DNA of 64,000 nucleotides, taken from contig CM102283.1 in assembly GCA_046563655.1 (NCBI GenBank), positions 4,278,001 through 4,342,000 on the forward strand. Reading direction: 5' to 3'. Shown piece by piece: positions 47,790 through 60,017 of this stretch. Every line of letters begins with the position of its first letter. Within the stretch, counting starts at the first letter, position 1. This DNA comes from Yuukianura sp. NJ FZ-2021 (taxonomy: Eukaryota). A program made the position numbers and the translations under genes. The notes under the pieces are model-generated. The model ran no database searches. It was not told the origin of the DNA and saw nothing but the letters and a program-made list of their open reading frames with translations.

Positions 47790-48340
47790 AATCATAATTC
47801 ATCGCTGCGAATTGGCACACTGGAGAGATAAAGTGGTCGTTAAGTACACCATGCCGCCATACAGTGCACCCAATGCGCCTTTACGACGGAGTGGTTTCAA
47901 GTCAACCAGATCACCTTCAGCCGAATGGACCCCTTAGAAGACAAAGTCTACTTTTTCAAGTAACTAGTATTGCAGATGCTTTTAGTCACGCAGTTCTTTC
48001 GTCGACTTTCCTCTGTCTGGAAGATGACAATATGGAAATGGGATGCGAGCGTTTATTTAGAACTTTCCAGACAAGGACCCAAAGCTTGTACTAGAAAAAT
48101 TCGGATTTAGAGCAAAATTCAGTATCCTAAATGCATACATGAGGTTAGCTTATGACGGGAAATGTGGCATTCGAGTTGACGATGTACAAGGTTTTTTTCT
48201 AGCATTCCATTTTGGGGGCATACATTTTTATCAAGTTTGGAGTTTGACGAAGTTCGGACAACTAACTGTAAAGAAGACAATTCAAGTTTTTGCCCATGTT
48301 CCATTCCTGAAACAGGGTGAGTTTGGTGGATTCGTGTAGA
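47790..48340 (+). pseudogene. Frameshifted C-terminal exon of the HEPN-TPR-Sel1 gene
   Basis: Protein-like pieces in changing frames: NQITFSRMDPLEDKVY / FQVTSIADAF..LEDDN / NFPDKDPKLVLEKFGFRAKFSILNAYMRLAYDGKCGIRVDD. These resemble, from memory, the NPY..DG..IRVD module of TPR/SET proteins. Confidence 0.45.
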
Positions 48341-48779
48341 CTTTAGAGAGGAGCAAGGGAGAAAGGAGGTGAAAGTTAGCAGTAGCGTTTGTGGTGTGGA
48401 GGACGCTGGTAGTTCGTGATGTCGTGTGGAATATTGCACCACTCCAAGCCGTGAGTAGATGAGGGTCTTAAGTGGAATTGGCAATTTGTCTCACGTCAAG
48501 TGTCCTGTGTTTGTTTGCTGATATTGATCTGCCATTGGCCTATTTCAAGTAAGAACCTTCATCCCACTTATCCAGTCACACGTCGCAAGACACCCTAAGA
48601 CGACAACTACGCGTTTTCATTTTTGAAATACTTCCGCTCAAAGTTGAGCCGATTTGGAGTGGGCCAAGCATTTGTGATTCAGAGGATGACTCTGGCATTG
48701 GATCCAACTGTGATTCAGTCTGAAGAACTAAAGTGCTATTAAGGTTACGAAGAATCAAAAACTGTCTACAAAATACGAA

Positions 48780-51700
48780 ATGAGTGAATCCGTGAAAGTG
48801 GTTGTGCGATGTCGCCCTATGAATGGACGCGAAACGGCTCTCAACTCCAAGGTAAGCCTATCGTGGGGGGAAATGCTGAACGTTATTGGAACTGTCGTCG
48901 AATCTTTTTTTGTTCATACATTGACAAAAGTGTAACATATGCGAATGAAAGTTTTTTTTAGGGGGAAGTGGTGAAAGTATTTGAATTTCTGCATTAAAAT
49001 AGAAGTTGTGAAAAGAAAGACAAGAGAAGAAGGATTCGTTGACTTTTGGTTTCGATTTCCTCCTGTGAATGACCTATTCAACTGTAATTTGATGCTCCAT
49101 TGTAGGGAATTATGGAGAAAATGAAAAAAATATGAAATCCAATTTTGATGAGTGGGATAAGAGGTGTTATTTGGAAAAAGCCAGAAATGAGTCAAGTGTT
49201 AATTGGAAAACAGAAGGAAGGTAGTGGGCCAAAGGTCAGCGTCTGTAGAGTCATTCACCCTCCAGCCACACTCATCCAAAACTAAATTCGTTGAGCTTTT
49301 AGGTTGTAATTACGTGGCTAACTTTAGCCATTAAGTTCCAGGAAGTCGCACTAATGCTCTCCATTCATATTTCAGTGCATTGTGTCGATGGATGGGAGTC
49401 ATTGCTCCTGTGCATTGCAGAACCCACAGGATCCAACAGCCCCGCCCAAGACGTTCAGTTTCGACGGAGTCTACTTCACAGATTCCACTACAGAAGCACT
49501 CTACAACGAAATCACGTACCCCTTAGTAGAGGTAACTCAAGGTCTTTCGATTTAACAATCCAAATAGTCTTGAGGTTTACAGCTTTTTAAAACACGTTTT
49601 GCGTGTATTTCACCACTGCAATGAAAACTTAAAACAAACGGCTTAATACATTCTCCTTTTTTCCTGGAAAAAACACGGAGCAAATGTTTTTCTCATAAAG
49701 ACTTCCGGTGCGGTTAATTATGTTGAATTCCTAATGATTTTGTAAAACGTTAACGGTTTTGTTTGGATTTTGACATGCCGTTAGGGCGTGCTGGAAGGTT
49801 ACAATGCGACCATCTTCTGTTATGGCCAAACAGGCTGCGGGAAGTCGTTTACTATGCAGGGCATTCCCACACCGGTACAGCAGAAGGGAATCATTCCAAG
49901 GGCATTTGAACAACTATTCGAGGGCATTGACAGCTCAGACGACATCAAGTTCCTCGTCCATGCCTCATATCTCGAAATCTACAATGAGGAAATCAGAGAT
50001 CTTTTGGGAACAGACATCAAGCGAAAACTAGATCTCAAGGAACATCCAGACAACGGAGTATACGTCGCGGGTAAACAATTTAAGTTCAATTAGGTTAAAG
50101 TTATGAAGAATTAGTTCTTAAATTTAGGCGAACTTCACTTGGAGAAGTTCAGTTAATGTAAGATTTCATGCAAAGCGTGCGATTTGAAGGTCACTTCGGA
50201 AGTAATTTTGGTAAAATTTTTGGAAAGTTCTGGAAATGAAATTTGAAAGAGCGATGAGTCAGTTTGTCCATTGTCCAGGCTGTTGCGTCGCCTCTCCTCG
50301 TGACGCTTTTAAGAAGCTTATGATTGACTTGACCTTCAAAACCACTTCACTCACCTTCAAAAACTGTCAATCGAAGAAACTAAATATTTCATATCCATCG
50401 CTCACTCCCGTACCCCTCCATTCTTGCAACATTCTTCCCTCTAAGCAAACCTGGTCACTGAAGCATAAATAACACTCACGCAAGCCACCACAAAACAAAC
50501 AATGCTCCCCCTTCCCCATCAATGCTATTCCTTTATATCAAAACATTCCTGCAGAAATTGCTCAAACTTTAACAAAAAAGAGAAAGTAATAAAAGTACCT
50601 AAGTTTGAGAGAAAACTTTTACTCCTTGTACTTTTAAAGCATAGAACGCGAATTGACAATCTGAACCAAAAATGGAACTTTTTCGTATTGATGAAAATGA
50701 ATTGATTTTGATTCAATATTTTTTTTTTAGATTTGTCACAGCATGCTGTACACAATGTTGCCGAGTGTGAGGAATTGGTTGAACGTGGGTGGAAGAATCG
50801 GTCGGTGGGTGCTACATTGATGAACGCCGATAGTTCTCGCTCCCACTCAATTTTCACAATTAACGTGGAGATGATGACGGGTGACGAACATATTCGTAAG
50901 GGCAAGCTCAATCTGGTGGACCTCGCTGGGTCAGAGCGACAAGCCAAAACTGGTATACATACCACATGACCCCTGAATTTGAAGTTTATTTTATATTTGA
51001 CCTGACCTTGTAGGTGCCACTGGAGACCGTCTCAAGGAAGCTACGAAGATCAACCTGTCGCTCTCCGCCTTGGGTAACGTCATCTCAGCACTCGTAGACG
51101 GAAAGTCCAAGCACATTCCATACAGGGACTCAAAATTAACACGACTCCTACAGGTTTGTGACAACGAATCATGTGCAGACTTTTCTTGATATGTTTATTT
51201 GAAGTTAAGCGTTGTGGTTTTAGGACTCGCTGGGGGGAAATACAAAAACGCTTATGGTTGCCTGCGTCAGTCCTTCAGATAACAACTACGATGAAACGTT
51301 GAGTACGCTGCGTTACGCCAACCGAGCCAAGAACATCAAGAACAAACCGACGATCAACCAGGATCCAAAGGACGCTTTGCTACTTGAGTACCAGGCAGAA
51401 ATCCAGCAACTGCGCACTCTGCTCGAATCGCAGAAAGCATTGGCACCGGACCCTGGCCACGCCCCGATCTCTCGACGCCACTCCATCTTGGACATGGAGG
51501 AAGAAAAGGCCAAGATCCGTGCAGAGTACGAGGCGGAAGTTGTGCGTCTGCGTGTCAACTATGCTGCTGAACAGGAGAGTTGTCAGCGTCTTCAAGCCGA
51601 TGTGGAAGAGCTGCGTCGGCGCTATGAAAAGGACATGGAGAGAGTTGCCATGGAAGCAAAGCAAGACGGACTGAATAACCCCCTCAGCCCCCTCCAGCAG

Positions 51701-53270
51701 GAAACGCTCGCAAGGTCACACAGAAATGACATCATTTCATTTATTATTATTATTATGCTTTTTTTTATTACATTTTTTTTCAATCCTTGTAGGTTGCATG
51801 AGATCGAGGAGAATATGGTCGGTGGCGAACGTGCGCACGACACTGAACTGAAGGAGAAACGGCAGAAAAAGCGTCGTGCAGCGGAAAAACGCTCACGCGT
51901 TGCTGCAGATTCTTGTCGCAGCGACGATGAAGAAAATCAGATTCTGCTCAAAGCCTACGACTCTGTTCAGGAAGAATTGCGTGTCAAAACGGAAGCGGTC
52001 AAAAAGTTCAAACAGAAAGTAGGACATATTTCAATATTTTACTTTTTAATAATAGTAATTGTTATTAATAATTGTAATTGACAGATCCGTGCTCTTAACT
52101 GTGAAGTACATGACTTGTATGCCGAGTTCCAGAATGATCGAGCCGACTACTTAGAAACGATACGGAAGCAAGACCAACAGCTCAAACTGCTACAAGCAAT
52201 TCTAGAGAAAATCCAACCAACAATCCGAAGAGACTCCAACTACTCGTAAACTCTCGCTTTTCAAAATCAGTTTAAAAAAAAATCATTTTTTAAAATTTTG
52301 AAACTATGGCGTTTGGTAGAAATTTGGACAAAGTGAAGAGTGAGGCTGTTTGGAGTGAGGAGACGCTCAAGTGGAAAATCCCTGACCTCATCTGCTCCAA
52401 AACCAAACTACCGCCGGCGGGAAGCGGTGCCCAAACACGTACTACGCGTGCGTCATCTCGCACTGCCCCAGGACGTCTTCAAGACGATGAAGCGATGGAG
52501 GAAGATGGCGACAACCAGAGAAGTGTTCTTTCCAAGGTTAGGTCATTTGTATTCTTGTATTCTGTAACAGTTTATTTTAATTGATTACTTTCTTAATATT
52601 ATTTATAATACAATATATTGAACTAATAATTTGTAACAAACTGTTTTGCAGAAGTTTGAAACAAACCATCCAGAAGTGTTTACTGAAAACTACTTCAAGC
52701 CCAAAAGAGCCACAGAACTTTTGATGAAGGCACAAGAAGATGCATCTCGCGTCATCCTCAACAAATGGAATGGTACCGGCACACAATTATGGACAAGTAT
52801 AAACCTAACTCCTAAAAACCATAACCTAATAAGTTAGGTTTAGACTTCCTTAGGCCCACTTAAGCTTAACATAATTTACTCAACCTAACTGCATCTCTCC
52901 CTCACTAACGCAGCAGTAGTTGCCGATGGAAAACCAAAGACGCCGAATGGGATCATGGCCAACTGGAACAATCACTTCAACGTCATTTCCAAATCTCACG
53001 TGACAGCTCAGTCACCCGAGGCTGCCCATTCGTGGGGTGCGGCTGCATCGTCTCCAGTTCAGACGTTTGGTGAGTCAGTTTTATCTCCATTGCCAACGAT
53101 AGTGCATGTAATACATGAGAGTTCTTGCAGGGCTAAACAGTGGACATAACTTTCTCACGTCGCCGCAGTTGAGTTCCTTTCGAAGACCATTGCGTCTGGA
53201 GGCGTTGACGCTGCCTGCTGAGGGGCCTGGGAAGAGCATGCGCAAAATGAAGGCACTCGAAGTAACTTAA
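48780..53270 (+). CDS. KIF17: Kinesin-2 family motor, KIF17/OSM-3-like, multi-exon
   Basis: [14 protein letters not shown]-loop [72 protein letters not shown], coiled-coil stalk and tail RRPLRLEAL. Stop at 53268-53270. Confidence 0.92.
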
Positions 53271-53609
53271 GGTCGCAGGGACACACTGGGCCAATCGGGA
53301 CCTGAAACGAAACGTGAAAAATGTCAATATTCCTAAATTTGCCACACTTCATCAACGTAAAGTGCATATCAAATGCCTTTTCCAGCCCATTCCCTGCATG
53401 CACGTCTCATTTCTTTTTAAAATCAATTGTTATATTCAAACAATAAGGAAATGACGTCATGCAAGGCAGGTTCTGGAGGTAGTAATATTAGTATATTATT
53501 CAATTAAAACAAATGAAGTTCCAATTTAATAAATTCTGACGTACCTGGAGTTGTCTTTTGTTTGTTTGGGCGCTTAATTGGAATTCGGGGAATTGTGAGA
53601 CAATTTGGG

Positions 53610-56600
53610 TTACGCTTGGGTGTACGTAGCTGATTCGGATGGTTTTGGTTCGATTTCTTTGTTGAGGTAATGCAGTACGTAGTGGAGTACGACGTCGTAG
53701 CAGTACTTGTACTCCGTCTAAGCATTTCGATTTGGATAATGATAAAATAATTATATCATTATATTATATTTTATAATTATTATAAAATATATTTATATTA
53801 ACCACTATTTATATAAAACGAGTGTGGTTGGGTTTCCTCACCATGTTGTCGATGAGCTGCGGTCGATGTCTCCTGACTGTTTTGACTGCAGTGAATACAT
53901 CTACTTCGCCGTATTGGATAACCTGCTCAATGCAAGCATTGGCACCACAGTAAACGCCAGCACGACTGCGTCCATCACTACGAAAGGAAAAGTATTTAAT
54001 TTTTTTTTTAAATTATCGAACTATGACTAAATGTTTTGATTGGTTGGATTACGGAGAAACGACGACGATTGGTCCACTGTCTGCTCTCTTCTGACGCCAT
54101 CTCTCCACCATGTTCATGAGCTCCACCAGGGAATTGGTGGATGTGGGGACTTTGTGCTCCATTGGCCAACATGTCAACTGAAACAACTTACACGTCTTTG
54201 GCTCCGCCTTCACTCCAGCCATCAATTCCGTCAGTGAGACGATCTGTAACAAATTAAAAGTTAAAATCGTCGAACAAAATCAATGCCTTTCATTTTCCCG
54301 CGTTTTGAGTAAGCAGACTCTTCTTACCTTCTTGTTGATACGAAAGAGCCAAGACTTGATGTTTGGATAAAAGTCGTGGGAGAGGTGGTCAATTGTAAAT
54401 ACTGGTCCATACTTCTTACTTCTGTTTGAATCTGGCCAGAACTGCGGGTAGTGCTACAAATTTGGCATAAAATATTTTTTATCAATAAATTACTCAAATT
54501 ATTTATATAATTAAAAAAATGAAATTGGTTACGGTTGATGGAGCAGGGTTACTGAGAACAACAATGGCCGCTGCATCGTAGTCGTAAACGAGCGACCAAA
54601 GGTATGAGCAAGTTTCGACCAAAGGCCACTCTGTGACGATGTAGCCCCTCGACTGGCGGTAGCCCTATTCAAAAAATTATTAACAAAACTTGAATTTCAC
54701 CGCAATTTTTCGGTGCTATAAATTGCGTTAAAAGGAATTTTATTTTTGATTGTTGAAGTATGAAATGTCTTACATCTACAAAGACAGCATTGATGTAGTC
54801 AGTGAATGTGTTCCCTTGGAAAGACGTCAAGTACGGTCGAAAGTTGTCAGCTGAAATAATAAGTTCAATATATAATTCGTATTTATAGAAAGATTTTATT
54901 TTTATCATTTATATTAATTAAGTTGGTTGTTACGTGGAATGACAAGTACGTCTCTGTTCTTGTCTCGGTTGTCCGCCCGATGACCTCCCGCGCAGTCCCC
55001 AATTGTGAATCTCGGCGTCTGCTTGCAGATTAGCTGAAAAAGTCAAAGTTGCGCATGTCAGATGCGTGAGTTGCGTCATTCCATCTGCATCGCTTACCAA
55101 AAACTCCCTCTGGTACTCGTTGATTTTCGTTTGCGGGTCTTTGGTGGACTTGTGCTTGAGCCTCTGTGACAACTCGGCGACGGGAAACCAAGTCTTGCGA
55201 CAAATTACGTACTCCTCTAGTACGTCGTAGACGAACTTGATTTGATCTACGTCGCTCACAAGCCCTTTGCGCATGCTACGTTGCTTCTTCAAGTAACCAA
55301 ACACATCCACCATCCCATCCTCATCTAGCAGTTCCAAGTTGGCATCAACCTGACAGTACACTCCAGAACGCCCTCCGCCATCACTAAATGCAACATGTAC
55401 ATATATTTAAGCGCATCAAAAATTTTCAATTCATTGCGCTCCGTTTTTTGAATTTCTAAAAATTTCCTTTTTTCCACATTCACCACGCTTTATATTCAAA
55501 ATCCAAACAGTATGACTCACTTGCAGTGAACGAGAACTTGACCTCTGCCGATTTCTTCCTTTTCAAGTAAAATCTGCCTGACACGACGCCGGAAGTCAAG
55601 TAATGCTGTTGGGAAAGGGCAGGAGTGACTGGGCCACTCGACGTAGTGAAACTGAACTAACCACCGCTCCTCACTTTCCTAAAAACACAGGTCAAAGGTC
55701 AATGCAAAGGCAATTGATTTTATAACTTTTCCTTACCCCTCCTCCCTTCCTCTCCCTGATTCGAAAAGTGCGAATGTAGAAGCTGGCCAACTTGACCTCC
55801 TGCATGACCTCTACGTGGATGGAGCCGTAGGTTGCGGCTTGGCCGGGTTCTGGCCAGTACTGGACGCACATGACCTTGATGAAGTCGAATGTCTTGGTGA
55901 GCATGATAATGCATGTGACCTCCCTTTGCCAAATGAGGCGCCAGAAGTCGTTGAGCGTATTTTCCATTGGACCCTGTGACACGATGTAAGCGTTCGGCTC
56001 AAGCAGACTCTGCATAAAAACATAATTTCATTTTAGGTTAGGGAATATTTAGGTAATCTTTTATAATATTTTTTCGTAATTTCAAGCTCAATCATATTTG
56101 GGTGGAGTAAACCAAAACTGCACCAGTTGTAACCACACAGCGAAGACAGGCTGCTATATCATACACTTGAAATTGTAACCATTGGGTGGTTACTAACTCA
56201 AATTCGAAAGTCATTTTCCATGTTACCACTCGATATAGTTACAAGTTTTGTATAAGTTCAAACTTCTATATGTTTGTTTTTAACTTTTGCAGTGTAAACA
56301 CACTTAGTCGATACAAACAATCGCGCTTTACATTGCGGTTACGACAGAGGCAGCTTAGGTTTACTCTAGCCGAGCAGAGTTAGGTTACTAAATATTAGAG
56401 ATAACTAGTTACTCCCTCCAAACACCACTTCAAAAAGATATTTTGATTACATCGACATATGAAGCGTTGATGTAGTCCTCTGTATTGTCCCCGTCACAGT
56501 CCAGTACCACTCGATTGTAGTCATCTGCACAAATTAAAAATTAAAATCCAATCATTTGTAGTTCGTTTTCCATTCTATGAATTAGCAACGTTTGAAATGA

Positions 56601-57569
56601 GACAGACAGCGCGGAATGTAGCGTCTGGTTGTAATGCTTCTTAAAACATTACACTTATAAAAACCGTTACAAGCTTCTTGCTATCACTTGAACGGAGTTT
56701 TACGTACATGGAATGGCTTTGAAGTTCTGGTTCTTGTCCTTGTTGGAGGGCTTGAGAGCATGACGACAAGAGAAGGAAGATTCGCTCTTGGACGCAATCT
56801 AAAAACAAAAGTTTTTTTTTTTACTTTCTTTTTCGAATAAATTTTTATGAATTTCTCAAGGTCGAATCATCGTAGCTGAATGAGGCAGAGGGAAACGCAC
56901 TACATTTAAAAAAATTCTTGGCATGCGGTTGAGGTCATGACCTTGACCTTGAGTCCTTTCAAAGCCAACAATCAACAACCCAAATTTTTCTAGAAGCTTC
57001 CGCAAATTGTATTAAAGGTTCCAAAAACTGACAACTTCTCGTCACTCAAATTTTCAAAAATCGTTTGGCTGATGTAAATCATAAAGCAAATTAATTTGAA
57101 ATTGAGTTCTGAAAATTCCGAAGACAAAAGTAAAAGCTTGGTTGCTTGGTTTTTATGTGGAGTGGCCTTGTGCAAAAACCAAAAATAGAAGAGTGCAGAA
57201 GCTGGGATGGGATTTGGGATGTGCCAAAGCCATGTTTGCAAAAAACAGTAGTTTTCGGATGGTGTTTATGGAATTTACCTGAAATTCTGCCCTGTACAGT
57301 ATAGGAAACTTCCTGCGTTCATCACAGACCTTGAGGAAAGTCTCTTTGTCCACGGGGCCCTTGGGAAGAGACGATAGCACCTTCTCATCCTCATCTTCTG
57401 CAATTTACACCACAAAACAAACGACAAGCACTCTTCATTTTTCCAAATTCCAAAATTTTGAACAAGAAAAGGTCAATTTCGGCATAATTTAACAAAAAAA
57501 AAAAACATTACTTATTGAGATTAATCCACTGTTGAGCATGGACAACTTGAGTGCCTGGGGGAACGACAT
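53610..57569 (-). CDS. Ptp36E: Tandem-domain protein tyrosine phosphatase, Ptp36E-like
   Basis: D1: YNRVVL, DYINASYVD, YIVSQGPMENT..DFWRLIW, CVQYWP, EWPSH, VHCNDGGGRSG. D2: DYINAVFVD, YIVTEWP, GPIVVVS, final TEYKYCYDVVLHYVLHYL. No TM segment seen. Start at 57569 (MSFPQALK) or upstream in the same ORF. Orthology assigned from recalled motifs. Confidence 0.85.
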
Positions 57570-60017
57570 AAGAGATGTAGAGTGGGCTGACGATAGGGCG
57601 TGCGTCTTCTTGGGTTTGTCTGGATCTGCATGTCGTTTTCTCGGTTTTTGTTTTTTCCTGTGACCTGACCTGACTTCTGGCCCAGTAGCGGTGGATCTAG
57701 TGGAGACGGTGGATTCGAGTCCATTGATGGGAGTGGAGCTAGAGGCGGAGCTGGAAGTTGTAGCGACGGCGGGGCAAGGAGCTCCCCTTCGGTCACCAGA
57801 CACAAATGACATGGAGAGGTTCAAATGACACAGTTTTTAGTTCTTGATCAAACAGAGACCACAGCCACACTGCCAAACGGAGACTGAAGAGTCTCTTTTG
57901 GCAACTGGTTTGTGGAGTTGCCAATATTTCGCAAATGTGCAGAATCCGCAGAAGAGGAATTTCGCCAGTGACGTCAGGAGGAGGTGATCCACTGATTTGG
58001 CCGATTCAATCTCTGCCAAAAGGCGAACCAGGCCAATTATGGTCAAAAATATAAAATGTAAATAATAAAAAGTAATACAACATAAACAATATACGAGTGC
58101 AATGGCCCTAAGTTGAGGAGAAAGTGGTGTGAAGGAGGCTTAAGGAAGAGTGACTTTGCGAAGTGACTATAAAGGGAAGTGTGGCCCAAGAGAAAGCATA
58201 AAAGCAGTTTTGCTTTCAGTTCTGCTCTCGAGGCTTTCTCTCCTTAAGAGCAAAGTGAACCTAAAGCGTTGTGTTTCACTCTCTGGCTGGTCTTCCGACT
58301 TGCCTGGCGCCAATTTTCAAATTTTAAAAACGAAAATATGTGGCTACCGATTTTGGCGCCAAAGTTTCTGTCCTAAACGCGCCTGCTGGAGAACGCAAGA
58401 CAAGAGAAAGTTCTGAGAAGCTTTCGGCTCAAGTGGAGTAAAGTTTTTTACTGGTGCAGCAGTAAAGAAATGAAGACTTGCGGGAGGAATTGTGATGGAA
58501 TTGGAGGAATTTAGAAGACTCGCTTAGGAGAGGGTGGATGTCTGGCGAAGGGGTGGGGGTAGTGGGTGGGTGGCTTTTGTCCGCAGACGCTGCTGGAGCG
58601 ACTGAAATGAAAAGAAGAGGCTCAACGACTTCCCATTCCACTTTCACCACTCTCTCATTACAGTCTCAATCCCACTCTCCGCAAATGCTCAACCTCATCC
58701 GCCCTAAGTGACTCATTCATCAACTATTCACCTACGACCTCTTCAAATAACATAGGATAGGTGTTTCAAAAAACACCTTTCGCCACTTTCCCTTACTTTA
58801 CTTTATTTGTTCGGCTTCTACCCAGTGGAGCTACAACTTTCAAGGAGAAAGTTGTGGAGAAATTTAAGTTTTTCAGTTCAAGACAAAAGGAAAAGTGAAA
58901 TTGGTGACTAAGGTCTGTTTAGTTTGTGATTTGTTAGTTTAAAGTGGAATGACCTGTGACATGTGGAGTGGTGAGTGGTTTGATTTGGCTTGAGGGATGT
59001 CGTAGTTAGATTGAAGTGAAAGTGGAGAGATGGTTGAGTTGAGTTGTGTGATGGGCGAGAGGGAGAATCTGGAATCTCTATACGTCTCCCCACCCATAAT
59101 CGATAAAACCAGCCCCCACTCTATGGCGGATAACCACGACCACGCAAAGTCTCCTTAAAATTTGAATTTTCAATTCATGTTTGTAACCGAACAGGTTTAT
59201 TCAACATCGCAACGGCAAAACTAACGATAAAGCATCGAGTTCGGTTTTTAGAACGTTTAGATTACGTTTCACGTTGATGTTGCAGTTGTTGAATTTGCGC
59301 TAATTGTTTTCACGCGAACGACCTGGAGACTCTATTATTATTAAGTTTTTTTTTAATTTTTATTTAATTTTGCAAACTTTCACTCCGTACAATTTTTTCA
59401 CATACGTTACATTCTATCCTATTTCATTTATAAGTACTACTATAAATATAACTCCATTTATAATCAAACGTTTCTATTCACAAAGGGACACACGATTTGG
59501 TTAACAGTGAAGGTTTTCTTCTAATTTTTTTCACCTGTGCAATACCGTTAGTTTTTTGTAAAATTTTAGCACTTTGTACATTGTTCACTTCGTTTTCATT
59601 TGACAAGAGAGCAATTTTTGCGGCGCTTACAAAAGACTTGCTAACATTCATAAGGAAGCACAGGAACGTAATGTAGTCTTTCAACCGTCGAGTTCAGTTT
59701 CATTCTGCATCTGTGTCAAATATCTGCGACCCTTTAATTTGAAAACGAAACAAAAATTCCGAGGTTTAATTAAGTTTGATTTGAATTATTTAGTAGTGAA
59801 TCGGAAAAGGTTTAAGGCGACAAGGATTGGATTAAAAGCGGTTCTAGTTTTGTGAGTAGTTTTTGGAGAGAGTGGTGTGCCGCCATAGTCGCTTGTGTCC
59901 CCAGTGCTTAGAGTGGGGTGGTGGATTTTAGGGGGTGGGGACGGGGAGTGAAAGTAGAAAGCCCATTCACTTTGGTTTCTCCTTTTAGAAAGCAGGAGTT
60001 GGTGACTGGAGTGGAGG

